Assembly (NCBI GenBank): GCA_963674825.1
Contig: OY771587.1
Coordinates: 2,400,001 to 2,464,000, forward strand
Source of the DNA: Candidatus Cloacimonadales bacterium
GTDB lineage: Bacteria > Cloacimonadota > Cloacimonadia > Cloacimonadales > JAIOQZ01
DNA length: 64,000 nt
Direction of reading: 5' to 3'
Shown: positions 1 through 9,658 of the stretch, one piece after another
Numbering within the stretch: position 1 is the stretch's first letter
Layout of the letters: every line of letters begins with the position of its first letter
Notes under the pieces: generated by a model
Seen by the model: the letters and a program-made list of their open reading frames with translations, nothing else
What the model was told of the DNA's origin: nothing
Databases searched by the model: none
Position numbers and translations under genes: made by a program

Positions 1-869
1 AGGACTTCCTCGATGCGGCCTGGGTGGATTCTTCCGTCGAGTATAAGCTTTTCAAGCGCAATGCGGGATACTTCACGGCGTACCGGATCGAAACAGGAGA
101 GAACCACCGCTTCGGGGGTGTCGTCGATAATCACGTCCACACCCGATGCCTTTTCGAATGCGCGGATATTACGGCCTTCGCGACCGATGATCCGGCCTTT
201 CATCTCATCACCGGGTAGTGAAACAACCGCCACGGTTGATTCGGATACGTAATCGACAGCGATACGCTGGATGGCGTTGGCGATGAATCCGGCGGCTTCT
301 CTACTGGCCTTGAGCTGTGCATCTTCGAGTATCTGCTTGACCTCACGCGCGGCGTTGTTGCGCGCCTGATCGATCAATCCATTTTCCAAACGCTGAACGG
401 CTTCTTCACGCGTAAGCTGCGCGATTTCCATCAGCTTATCTTCCTGTTTCTGTACCAATTTGTCCAGCTCGGAGGAGCGTTCGTTGAGGCCTTCTTCTTT
501 CTCTTTGATTCTCCGATCGAGCTTCTCGAGATTCTGCTCTTTTTTATCCAGTGCGTCCAGACGTTTGTCCAGGCTGGAGAGCCGTTCGTTGTAGCGGCGT
601 TCCATGTCACGGAGCTCTTTCTGGCGCTCTGTGATGACATCCTCTTCTTTTTTCTTGATCTTATACCATTCGTCTTTGGCTTCGAGGATGGTTGTTTTCT
701 TGATGGTTTCAGCTTCTTTTCTTGCGTCGGAAATGATGTGATCTGCTTCAGTTTGTGATTCGACGAGTTCCTGACGGATTTTTTTACGTTTTATGAAGTA
801 GAGTACAAACACTACGAAAAGGGCAGCGATAAGACCGACAGCGAATGCGCCGATGTTTATCAGACTCAT
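1..869 (-). CDS. rny: Ribonuclease Y, N-terminal part (runs off the window start)
   Basis: Not in the ORF track; read manually. ATG at 869 after GAGAGG RBS. N-terminal TM helix ([25 protein letters not shown]), then coiled coil, then KH motif '[46 protein letters not shown]'. Confidence 0.96.
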   Translation of the reverse strand, partial: MSLINIGAFAVGLIAALFVVFVLYFIKRKKIRQELVESQTEADHIISDARKEAETIKKTTILEAKDEWYKIKKKEEDVITERQKELRDMERRYNERLSSLDKRLDALDKKEQNLEKLDRRIKEKEEGLNERSSELDKLVQKQEDKLMEIAQLTREEAVQRLENGLIDQARNNAAREVKQILEDAQLKASREAAGFIANAIQRIAVDYVSESTVAVVSLPGDEMKGRIIGREGRNIRAFEKASGVDVIIDDTPEAVVLSCFDPVRREVSRIALEKLILDGRIHPGRIEEV

Positions 870-981
870 TAATTACCTCTCTTTGGTCTATTTACGTACT
901 CGCGAAGAGGATCCGCGAATAACGGATAAGTGGTTACGTTGCGCCATTTTACCTGAGGTAAACGGCACGCTATCTATAAAA

Positions 982-1146
982 CCCGCGATACCGTGTGAAA
1001 TATAGCACGCTGAACCCCACACAAGGTGGGTATCTACCTAATGTACTTTACGGATCCGGATCGTGTCCAGCTTGCGCGCCGTACAGGGCTCGATTCCCTC
1101 AACGTTTTTAGGTTCTTTTTGCATACCCCATCACGAATACCGCAGG
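982..1146 (-). ncRNA. ssrS: 6S RNA
   Basis: Lies between zapA and rny, the typical 6S synteny. Self-complementary ends (cctgcggtat...gtatcgcggg) and 6S-like motifs GAACC...GGGA...CCCACC...GGTTCA. Ends approximate. Confidence 0.85.
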
Positions 1147-1172
1147 CAAATTATTCGAGAAAGACTGTATGA

Positions 1173-1451
1173 CTACGGCAGTGGATCTTCGGAAACGAAC
1201 GCCTTGATCATGTCGTTCAAACGATTCATCTCTTCCGCCAGGGCACTGTTCATTTCGCGTTCCTGGAAGTATTTTTCGGTGATGATCAAAGCTCCGAACA
1301 GGATCAGATTCGTGTGATCGGTGAATTCAATTTTTGATTGGATGTCTTCGAGCTGTGCATTCAAGAATTTCGCGTATTCACGGACCTTTTCCGGATTATC
1401 GCCCTTGATGCGAAGCTTTCGCCCGAATAATTCAATCTCGATTGGTTGCAT
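1173..1451 (-). CDS. zapA: Cell division protein ZapA
   Basis: 92 aa, 'IEIELFGRKLRIK...VREYAKFLN...ILFGALII' ZapA pattern; directly upstream of 6S RNA. Confidence 0.88.
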   Translation of the reverse strand: MQPIEIELFGRKLRIKGDNPEKVREYAKFLNAQLEDIQSKIEFTDHTNLILFGALIITEKYFQEREMNSALAEEMNRLNDMIKAFVSEDPLP

Positions 1452-1455
1452 GATA

Positions 1456-1776
1456 TTATAAATCTTCGATCTGGCTCAGGATGCTGTCGATGCGGCCAGT
1501 GGCATCTTTTGTGGTGTTCTCGTAGGATTCGATCTCCATCTTCATGACTTCGATGTCTTCTTTGAGGCTGTTGTTTTCTTCTTCACGCTGTGTGCAGAGC
1601 TGGGTCAGTTCGCGAAGTTGACCTTCGAGCCCCATGATGACTCGATTCCTGTCTGCCAATGTATTTTCCAGCTCGCCTTTCTGGTTTGTGAGCTGGCTGT
1701 TTTTTTCTTTCAGTTCCTGGTATTTGGTGATGAGCGCCTGGATTTTATTTTCAAGCTGATTGATCGGCTGATTCAT
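1456..1776 (-). CDS. ZapB-like coiled-coil protein
   Basis: All heptad coiled coil ('LENKIQALITKYQELKEKN...RIDSILSQIEDL'), positioned between pheT and zapA; GAGG RBS. Confidence 0.7.
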   Translation of the reverse strand: MNQPINQLENKIQALITKYQELKEKNSQLTNQKGELENTLADRNRVIMGLEGQLRELTQLCTQREEENNSLKEDIEVMKMEIESYENTTKDATGRIDSILSQIEDL

Positions 1777-1779
1777 TGT

Positions 1780-4401
1780 TTACCTCATTTCAATATTGAA
1801 TTTCTGTTCCAGTATGGAGACAATCCTCGAGAATATTTTGTTTATCGTGTCGTCCGTCAAGGTTTTTGTGGAAGATTGGAAGCTGAGCTTGAACGCAAGG
1901 CTTCTGTAGCCTTCCTTAACCTGCTTTCCGGTAAACATATCGAACAATGACACATCTTTGATCATCTGAGGATTTACCTGCTGGATCGCTTTTGTAATTT
2001 CTTCTACAGAGTACAAGCTCTGTACCAGGATCGAGAGGTCGCGATAGACCGTCGGGAAACGGGAGATATCTGTGTACTGGATGCGGTGCTCATCCCAGTG
2101 TTTCAACAGGGTATCGATCCTGATTTCGAAGAGGAATATCTCTGGATCGAGATCGTAGGTCTTCGCAATCATGGGATCGAGGCGTCCGAACCAACCGGCT
2201 TCGTCTTTGCCGATGAGGATATCCGCTGCCTGGCCTTTCATGAGGTATGGCTGTGAGGATTCTCTTACTTGCGGCAATTCCAGTTCGGATGCTAATACGA
2301 GCTCTTCCACAACGCCTTTGACGTCAAAGAAGTCGATACTCTCGGCTTTGCTCTTCCAGTATCCGGGTTCACGCTGACCGATCATCAGTCCGCAGACCCA
2401 GGTCTCTTCCCGTGCGAGCTTCTCGTCTTTGCGGAAATATAGTTTGTTGAGTTCAAAAAGCTTCAGGTCGTGTTGCCCGTGATTAATGTTGTGCAGCGCG
2501 TTGCGCAGCAAGTTGGGCAGCAGGGACGTCTGCATATGGGCGAAGCGAGCGCCGATGGGGTTCAGGATATTGGCGGTTTCGCGGCGAACGTCTTCCTGCG
2601 CGATCTTGAGCTTGTCGAGATCTTCCGGATCGGCGAAAGGCCAGTTGATCGCTTCGAAGAATCCACGATCGACCAGGTAGTCCTCGATTCTGCGACGCAT
2701 GTAGAAGAGGTCGCGGTTTTGAATGTTCTGCAGAACAGCGCGAGTACCGACGTTGTTGTAACCCCAGATGCGGATGATTTCTTCGATTAGATCCGCTTCG
2801 CGAGTAATGTCTTTTCTGTAATGCGGGATACGGAAATAGAGGGTGTCATTTTCCTCTTTAATTTTCAAAATACTGAGTGATTCCAGGATTTCGATCATCC
2901 TGGCTGTGGGAATTTCCACATCCAGGAATTCTCTTGTCCGTTGCGGACGCAAGGAAACAACAGCCGGTTCCAGCGGGTTTGGATAGGAATCCAAAACGCC
3001 GTCGTAGAGTGTACCGCCGGCTGTTTGGAGAATTAACTGAACCGCGCGGTCGCTGGCGAGCATCGCGTTCTCATCGGAGATGTCACGCTCGAAGCGATAC
3101 GAGGAATCGGTGTTGATCTTGAGGCGGGTACCCGTTTTACGGACGGAGGAGTAAAGGAAGTTCGCGGCTTCGATCACGATGTCGGTCGTGGAATTGTCGA
3201 TCTGCGAATTCATACCGCCGATCACGCCGGCCAGTGCGATAGGCTTTTCTGCGTCGCAGATGACAAGGTCGTCGCTATTGAGCACGTGCTTTTCTTCGTC
3301 CAGCGCCTGGAACGGCTCGCCGTCACGGGCTGTGCGGACGATGATCTTGTGTCCGGCGATCTGTTTGTAGTCGAACGCGTGCAGCGGGTGGCCGAACTCC
3401 ATCATCACGTAGTTGGTAACATCGACGATGTTGTTGATCGGGCGAAGTCCCACCGATACGAGGTGCTTCTTGAGCCAGTCCGGAGATTCCTTTACAGTGA
3501 TGCCCTTGATGAATCGGGCAGTGTAGCGCGTGCATTTCTGCGGCGCTTTGTTTTCGAGCGACAGCACTTCCTGGATGCTCTGCCAAACTTCCTGCACAGA
3601 GCCGAAAGGTTTGAACTCGAACATCAGTTTTTCGAGGATATGCTTGCCGATCTTATTGACTTTAAGCAGACTTTTAAGAGTATCAAAACCGTGTTTTGTA
3701 CGGTAATCGAGGATAAAATCAGCTCGTTTTGGCCCAATCTCGGGGATAGTCAGAAGCTCTTCACGGGTGACGGTGCGAAGATCGAACTTCGGCACGTAAT
3801 CATGATGAAAGACTTTCGAAGCGCTGAGCGGCATCTCGGGCAGACGCACCGGGATGTTAAGGATCGCCGCCAGGTCACGCGCAACGCCGATCATGCCAAG
3901 CAAGTCGGAGCGGTTGGGCGTGATTTCCACATCGTAAACGATATCGCGCAGCCCGAAGTATTCGGGCAGGCTGGTTCCGATGGGGGCGTCTTCGGGTAGT
4001 TCCATGATGCCGTCGTGGTTGTCGGAGAGACCCATTTCGCGTTCGGAGCAGATCATGCCTTCTGATTCAACGCCGCGGATTTTCGCCTTTTTCAGCTTGA
4101 TTTCGCCGATCTGGGTTCCTACAGGTGCGAATGCGACAATCTGACCTGTGCGTGTGTTGGGTGCGCCGCAAACAACCTGTCGAACAGTTGTTCCGTCATC
4201 GACAGTACAGAGCGAGAGCTTGTCTGCATCAGGGTGCTGTTCACGAGTTACGATTTTTGCGACCACGATGTCTTTGAGCTCGTCGCCGAGATAGACCATT
4301 TCTTCCACTTCGATCCCCGCGAAGGTCATCTTTTCCTTCAGTTCCTCGGGGCTCAGTGTCAGATCGATGTATTGCTTCAACCAGTTATAGCTGATTTTCA
4401 T
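1780..4401 (-). CDS. pheT: Phenylalanine--tRNA ligase beta subunit with an inserted HhH domain
   Basis: MKISYNWL start, HPDADKL, GVESEGMICS, ITPNRSD, RPINNIVDVTNYV, HPLHAFD, SSYRFER, READLIEEI, FDX-ACB end (SRFPTVYRDL...RSLAFKL). 873 aa, longer than the typical ~790-810. Confidence 0.98.
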   Translation of the reverse strand: MKISYNWLKQYIDLTLSPEELKEKMTFAGIEVEEMVYLGDELKDIVVAKIVTREQHPDADKLSLCTVDDGTTVRQVVCGAPNTRTGQIVAFAPVGTQIGEIKLKKAKIRGVESEGMICSEREMGLSDNHDGIMELPEDAPIGTSLPEYFGLRDIVYDVEITPNRSDLLGMIGVARDLAAILNIPVRLPEMPLSASKVFHHDYVPKFDLRTVTREELLTIPEIGPKRADFILDYRTKHGFDTLKSLLKVNKIGKHILEKLMFEFKPFGSVQEVWQSIQEVLSLENKAPQKCTRYTARFIKGITVKESPDWLKKHLVSVGLRPINNIVDVTNYVMMEFGHPLHAFDYKQIAGHKIIVRTARDGEPFQALDEEKHVLNSDDLVICDAEKPIALAGVIGGMNSQIDNSTTDIVIEAANFLYSSVRKTGTRLKINTDSSYRFERDISDENAMLASDRAVQLILQTAGGTLYDGVLDSYPNPLEPAVVSLRPQRTREFLDVEIPTARMIEILESLSILKIKEENDTLYFRIPHYRKDITREADLIEEIIRIWGYNNVGTRAVLQNIQNRDLFYMRRRIEDYLVDRGFFEAINWPFADPEDLDKLKIAQEDVRRETANILNPIGARFAHMQTSLLPNLLRNALHNINHGQHDLKLFELNKLYFRKDEKLAREETWVCGLMIGQREPGYWKSKAESIDFFDVKGVVEELVLASELELPQVRESSQPYLMKGQAADILIGKDEAGWFGRLDPMIAKTYDLDPEIFLFEIRIDTLLKHWDEHRIQYTDISRFPTVYRDLSILVQSLYSVEEITKAIQQVNPQMIKDVSLFDMFTGKQVKEGYRSLAFKLSFQSSTKTLTDDTINKIFSRIVSILEQKFNIEMR

Positions 4402-4472
4402 AAATTATCCGTCTGCTGGAAGTTGTGCTGATTCGCGTGTGCTTGTCAGCAGTGTAGTTAAACGTCAATGCC

Positions 4473-5492
4473 TTACCGGAACTGCCGCAGGAAACGAAGG
4501 TCGTTTTCGAACAGCATTCGCATATCTGGAATTTTGTACTTGAGCATGGCGATCCGCTCGATGCCCAATCCGAACGCATAGCCGGAATAGACTTCAGGAT
4601 CGATATCGCACATCTTCAATACGTTGGGGTCAACCATACCCGCGCCGCCCATTTCGAGCCAGCCGGTTCCCTTGCATAATGGGCAGCCTTTGCCTTCGCA
4701 GGCAACGCAGACAATATCCATCTCCGCGCTGGGCTCGGTGAAGGGGAAGAAATGCGGCCGGAAACGTGAGCTGATTTTATCGCTAAAAATGCGCTTTACG
4801 AACATATTCAGCATGTCGCGCAGATCGACGAAGGTGACGTTTTTATCTACCATGAGTGCTTCCACCTGGCTGAATGCTGGTGAATGGGTAGCGTCGTTGT
4901 CGTTGCGGTAGCAGCGTCCGGGTGAGATAATGCGGATGGGCGGCTTGTGGCTTTGCATCACGCGAATCTGCACGGTGGATGTCTGGGTACGCAAGAGTAC
5001 GTCATCTTCAATATAGAAGGTGTCCGAGAGGTTTCTCGCGGGGTGATCCTGCGGTGTGTTGAGCGCATCAAAGTTATGGTATTCATCTTCGATGTCGTAG
5101 GCTTCCGCGATTTCGAAACCGAGAGACATTGCGACATCTTCGATCAGCCGGGTCGCCATCTTGATGGGATGCAACGCACCTCTTCCGTGATGGCGTCCAG
5201 GCATCGTTATATCGATCTTTGATTCTTCCAGTGATTTGCGATACTGGAGATCCTGAATAGCACTTTCGCGTTCCTTCAGGATTGCTTCCAGTTTTTTCTT
5301 CGTCTGGTTAATGATCTGCCCGGCAGCCGGTTTTTCTTCTTTCGGAAGGCTTCCCAGCTGCTTGAGCAGGTCGGAGAGTTCGCTTTTCTTTCCCAGCCAT
5401 TTTGATTTGAGCATGTTCAAATCGTGCTGAGAGGTAGTTTGACCGATCTCCTCACTCGCCAGACTCAGTATAGCATCGAGTTTCTCTTTCAA
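4473..5492 (-). CDS. pheS: Phenylalanine--tRNA ligase alpha subunit
   Basis: HNFDALN, HPAR, LLRTQTS, FRPHFFPFTEPS, WLEMGGAG, GYAFGLGIERIAM; TTG start. Confidence 0.98.
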   Translation of the reverse strand: MKEKLDAILSLASEEIGQTTSQHDLNMLKSKWLGKKSELSDLLKQLGSLPKEEKPAAGQIINQTKKKLEAILKERESAIQDLQYRKSLEESKIDITMPGRHHGRGALHPIKMATRLIEDVAMSLGFEIAEAYDIEDEYHNFDALNTPQDHPARNLSDTFYIEDDVLLRTQTSTVQIRVMQSHKPPIRIISPGRCYRNDNDATHSPAFSQVEALMVDKNVTFVDLRDMLNMFVKRIFSDKISSRFRPHFFPFTEPSAEMDIVCVACEGKGCPLCKGTGWLEMGGAGMVDPNVLKMCDIDPEVYSGYAFGLGIERIAMLKYKIPDMRMLFENDLRFLRQFR

Positions 5493-5536
5493 GTTTCAAT
5501 CCTGTTTTGTTCAGGTTTGGTTCGGAATAATTCGAT

Positions 5537-5899
5537 TTATTCTGCTGGCTGGTTCTCTTTCACGACATCGCAAAGTTTTGCAAATGCATCCGGCTCGTGC
5601 ACAGCAAGGTGCGCCAGGGCTTTACGGTCGATGGTGATTTCCGCTGCGTGCAGACCATTGATGAAGCGGCTGTAGGAAAGGCCGTTCAGGCGAGCTGCTG
5701 CGTTGATACGGATGATCCAGAGACGACGGAAATCTCTCTTCCGAGCTTTACGATCTCTATAAGCGTACTGCCAACCTTTCTCCACTGCCTGACGGGCTGT
5801 GCGGTAGAGTTTACTGCGACCGCCGAAATAACCCTTCGCGGCTTTCAGGATCTTTTTCTTTCTTCTTTTTCCTGCTACATTGTTTACTGAACGTGGCAT
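5537..5899 (-). CDS. rplT: 50S ribosomal protein L20
   Basis: AKGYFGGRS...[26 protein letters not shown]. Confidence 0.99.
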   Translation of the reverse strand: MPRSVNNVAGKRRKKKILKAAKGYFGGRSKLYRTARQAVEKGWQYAYRDRKARKRDFRRLWIIRINAAARLNGLSYSRFINGLHAAEITIDRKALAHLAVHEPDAFAKLCDVVKENQPAE

Positions 5900-5908
5900 T
5901 ATATCCTC

Positions 5909-6103
5909 CTATACGCCCATCATCTTCTTTATTCTCGGGGTATCGACCTTGGCGACGATCGTCGAAGATTTCAGCTCCCGTTTCAGTTTGCGGGTCTTTT
6001 TGGTCAGGATGTGACCATGATTCGCGTGATTTCTCTTCAGCTTGCCGGTGCCGGTGAGCTTGAAGCGTTTTGTCGCGCCACTTCTTGTTTTCAGTTTAGG
6101 CAT
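5909..6103 (-). CDS. rpmI: 50S ribosomal protein L35
   Basis: [21 protein letters not shown]...HILTKK. Confidence 0.98.
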   Translation of the reverse strand: MPKLKTRSGATKRFKLTGTGKLKRNHANHGHILTKKTRKLKRELKSSTIVAKVDTPRIKKMMGV

Positions 6104-6148
6104 TCTATCCTCCTATTCCATTATATCTATCGAATCTTTTGCCGACGG

Positions 6149-6745
6149 TTATTCTTCGAGATTTTCTTTTTCCCAATCTTCGATGATAGCGTCGATATCC
6201 TTCTTCGGCGAGACGATCAGAAAGATCGTGCGGCCTTCTGCATTAATATCGCGATCGACGTCGACAATTTCTTTTAAGTCTTCTTTGAGTTGATTCAGCA
6301 GTTCGTAGCCAAGCTCTTTGTGAGCCAGCTGTCTACCGCGGAAACGTACGGTCAGCTTGACCTTGTCGTGTCCCTTGAGGAATTTGACCGTGTTCTTCTT
6401 CTTGAAGTTATAGTCGTGCTCTTCGGTATTGGGGCCGAATTTGATCTCTTTGATCTGGACGGTATGCTGTTTTTTCTTCGCCTCGCGTGCACGGCGTTCT
6501 TTCTGATAGTAATACTTGCCGAACTCTAATATCCGGCAGACAGGTGGCTGAGCCTTCGGTGAAACTTCCACCAGATCCAGCCCTGCTTCCTCGGCTCGGC
6601 GCAGCGCATCGCGAGTGCTGACTACGCCAACCTGATTGCCGTCCTGATCGATCAGACGGACTTCTTTGGCGGTTATCTGACGATTGGTCCGCTCTTTTGG
6701 GACAATAGCCTTTGTCTTGGCTTTACCTTTTCGTATGCGTATTAT
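6149..6745 (-). CDS. infC: Translation initiation factor IF-3 (non-canonical ATA start)
   Basis: EVRLIDQDG, LDLVEVSPKAQPPVCRI, KEIKF, KVKLTVRFRGRQ. GGAGGT RBS at 6756-6751 followed by in-frame ATA codons at 6745 and 6742. Confidence 0.96.
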   Translation of the reverse strand: MIRIRKGKAKTKAIVPKERTNRQITAKEVRLIDQDGNQVGVVSTRDALRRAEEAGLDLVEVSPKAQPPVCRILEFGKYYYQKERRAREAKKKQHTVQIKEIKFGPNTEEHDYNFKKKNTVKFLKGHDKVKLTVRFRGRQLAHKELGYELLNQLKEDLKEIVDVDRDINAEGRTIFLIVSPKKDIDAIIEDWEKENLEE

Positions 6746-6777
6746 TGGGCACCTCCAGGTTGCTTGGTTATCGCACA

Positions 6778-6915
6778 TAAAAAAAGCAGGCGCATACAAT
6801 ACGCCTGCTTCGGATATATTTATGGTATATCACGCTAATTATTGACCTTACAGGTATCTCCCATCTTTCTCAGACGGTGCTAACGAACCGCAAGGTAGAA
6901 GCAGACGCTTCTTTT
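6778..6915 (-). promoter_or_regulatory. L20-leader ribosomal-protein attenuator upstream of infC-rpmI-rplT
   Basis: AGAAGCGTCTGCTTCTACCTT...AAGGT...GAAGCAGGCG followed by terminator AAGCAGGCGTATTGTATGCGCCTGCTTTTTT. CGTCTGCTTC can pair alternatively with GAAGCAGGCG, as in the L20 leader. Confidence 0.78.
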
Positions 6916-7179
6916 ATTCTTTCTTCGGATGCCATAATCAGAATCGCTGTAAACACGTCAAGACTTTTTATTGCAGTTGATAATGACGTGGAAATATGAT
7001 GGGAATACGGATACCCCATTCACTCGGAAGATCATAAAATGTCGTTCTGTCTTGCTTTTTGAGGTTCTGCATTGTGGTTACGAAGGCAGAAAATATTGGA
7101 CAAACATGCTCCGATTAAATAAAGTTGGAAAATCTTGCGAAATCATCCGGTATCTGAATTTGAATCGGAAAGGAGCACC

Positions 7180-9567
7180 ATGAAACCTGCACCGAAATTC
7201 ATCCGCATGTGGCTCGGTGAGCCGCTTCTGAGCCTGATCCTGATTTTATGCCTCGTAATCGGTATGTCTGTGTATGTCTTAATCACGGTTTATTTGTCCT
7301 ACCAACTCTCCTGGGACAGGAATCTTTCCGATTATCAAAACACCTACCGTATGCAGAACATGGTGAAGCGAGATGTCGAATACCTGCTTTTCAACACTTC
7401 CATCGGACTTGCAAGGACTCTGAAAGGGCGGCTTCCGCAGATCAAGGATTGCTATGCAATCTCGCCGATAAAAATCAATTTCCTTTTCACATTTAACGAC
7501 AATCCCGTCGATATGAGCATGCTTGTGCTGGCATCGAAGAACGCGCCGAAAGGTCTGGGTATGAAGATGATCTACGGCGATATCGATACCTGCCTGGATC
7601 AGGATAAAGGATTACTGGTTTCGCATTCGATGGCGATAAAGACCTTTGGCGATCGCGATCCGCTTGGTGAAGTGATTCACCTTGTGCGTGACAATCAAAA
7701 GTATGAACGATTCATCGTGAGCGGTGTTTTCGAGGATTTCCCGGAGAATCAGCACATCCAGTCGGATTTCTTCTTCTGGAGTGATTTTCTGGATGTAGTT
7801 GGTGAAGAGAGCACCGAACTCGCGAATCCCGAGGACTATCTGGATTTTTCGGGTAATGTCTATTACGTACTTGAAGACGGTGCTGATTCCAAAATCGTGG
7901 AGCGTGAAGCGCAGAAGATTTTCGAAGAGGTCAGAGGATCCGTACCGGACATTGATCCTGATGTTTCGTACAATTATGCCCTGACTCCTCTCAAGGACAC
8001 GCATTACCTTACGGAAGGATACGACAGCTTCGATACTTTCGACCGCATGAAGTTGATGAAGTACGGCATTCTGGCGGTTGCAATCCTGCTGGTGTTGATC
8101 ACCAATACGATCATCCTTTTAATGGTGCGAATCATGGGACGCCGGCGCGAGATCGATATCCGTCGTAGTTTAGGCGCATCCAGTGGTGATATCGTCCGGC
8201 AGTTCATCGGTGAACACACAACTTTGTATAGCGCGGTGCTGGTGCTATCCGGAGTGATTCTATGGCTGATTTTGCCCCATATCCGGCAGTGGATTCACGG
8301 GCTTCCGCAGCACATTGTTCCGGGACCGTCTTTCTGGCTGTACACTATCTCTGGTCTGTTCGTGGGTGGATTGATCACGATTCTGTACCCGGCTGTGTTT
8401 GCTCGCATGATGCTGCAAGACCGATCGAAATCCAATCAGTGGAAACTGGTGATGGTGATTCAACTCACCTTGTCGCTGGTGCTGCTGACCAGCGCGATTC
8501 TGCTTAACCGGCAGATTCGGCACATTGAGAGTCTTTATCCCGGCTTTAACGCGGAAAACGTGCATAGCTTCTTTTACATTGTTTGCCAGGAAGAATACCG
8601 GAATGTGCTGATGGAAGAAACCTGGAAGGTTCCGGGAGTCGAAGCTGCCTGTTTCTCGGACAACATGCCGACACATAAGCCGCATGAGAGTTGTTTGCGC
8701 ATCACAGGTGAAAAATCGAATGGCGAATATCTTCAATGCCCTGTGAATCTCGGTTCTCATGAAATCTTCGACGTATTCAAGATCCAACTTGTGAAGGGAC
8801 GTCTCTGGGATACTTCAGAGTCGAATGGTGTGATCGTCAACGAGGCGTTCATGCAGCGATATGCGCATCATGGTATCGGGCTCGGTACGGTCGTTGAAGT
8901 GGGGAAGGAGGGAGACACGACCTTCTTCTTCAGCGGCGAGATCATTGGCATCGTGAAAAATGTATGGTGGGATGATGTCCGGAGACCTGCGCAGCCTATG
9001 GTCTATTGCAACGGATTCACTTATGGCGGTTATTTTCACTATCGTATCCGGCCCGGGATGGAAGAAGAGACGTTGACGGAACTTCGTGCGATCATGCTGA
9101 AGCAAGCCAATAAGTACCAGATTCGAGAAGTGGAATACGATACGCAATACGAGATCGAACACAATTACGATGCTGAACGCGCTTTTCTGCAGGTGGTTGG
9201 CTTCGCTACGATAATCGGGCTTTTCTTCACGTTCGTGGGTGTTTACGGTCTCACCGCTTTCACGCTTAAACGGCAGTTGAAGAATCTTGCCGTGCGTAAG
9301 GTTTACGGTGCGTCGTCATGGGATACGCTCAAGCTTCTTCTGCGCGATTATCTGGTTCTGCTTGGTGTGGCTCTTGGGATTGCGATCCCCGTATCGTTCT
9401 ATGCGCTGACAAAATGGCTTGGCAATTTCTCCATTCGTATAGAGCTGGGCGTTATAGAATACGCACTGAGCCTTGCAGGGACATTTGTTATCGTTCTGCT
9501 GGCGGTTGTGATTCACTGGCGGAAACTCAATCGTGTGAAGTTGATCGATTTTCTGCGGACAGAATAA
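7180..9567 (+). CDS. ABC transporter permease, MacB/FtsX family (two periplasmic-core + FtsX repeats)
   Basis: AAGGAG RBS then ATG at 7180. 'RRREIDIRRSLGAS...IVRQF' and 'LAVRKVYGAS' FtsX motifs. Confidence 0.9.
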   Translation: MKPAPKFIRMWLGEPLLSLILILCLVIGMSVYVLITVYLSYQLSWDRNLSDYQNTYRMQNMVKRDVEYLLFNTSIGLARTLKGRLPQIKDCYAISPIKINFLFTFNDNPVDMSMLVLASKNAPKGLGMKMIYGDIDTCLDQDKGLLVSHSMAIKTFGDRDPLGEVIHLVRDNQKYERFIVSGVFEDFPENQHIQSDFFFWSDFLDVVGEESTELANPEDYLDFSGNVYYVLEDGADSKIVEREAQKIFEEVRGSVPDIDPDVSYNYALTPLKDTHYLTEGYDSFDTFDRMKLMKYGILAVAILLVLITNTIILLMVRIMGRRREIDIRRSLGASSGDIVRQFIGEHTTLYSAVLVLSGVILWLILPHIRQWIHGLPQHIVPGPSFWLYTISGLFVGGLITILYPAVFARMMLQDRSKSNQWKLVMVIQLTLSLVLLTSAILLNRQIRHIESLYPGFNAENVHSFFYIVCQEEYRNVLMEETWKVPGVEAACFSDNMPTHKPHESCLRITGEKSNGEYLQCPVNLGSHEIFDVFKIQLVKGRLWDTSESNGVIVNEAFMQRYAHHGIGLGTVVEVGKEGDTTFFFSGEIIGIVKNVWWDDVRRPAQPMVYCNGFTYGGYFHYRIRPGMEEETLTELRAIMLKQANKYQIREVEYDTQYEIEHNYDAERAFLQVVGFATIIGLFFTFVGVYGLTAFTLKRQLKNLAVRKVYGASSWDTLKLLLRDYLVLLGVALGIAIPVSFYALTKWLGNFSIRIELGVIEYALSLAGTFVIVLLAVVIHWRKLNRVKLIDFLRTE

Positions 9568-9658
9568 CACAATCCCCATATCGTGATAATGCATTAAACG
9601 GAATAAAACGTGCATACAATGTACATGAGTAATTATATCAACGTAAGGAGAACACGTA

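Noticed and set aside
3586..3816. Intein or intron explanation for the PheT insert
   Set aside because: No Cys/Ser...His-Asn splice termini, too short, no frame break; the sequence fits an HhH domain.
6746..6799. N-terminal extension of infC given by the ORF track
   Set aside because: It runs through the leader terminator and the SD; the real start is the ATA after GGAGGT.
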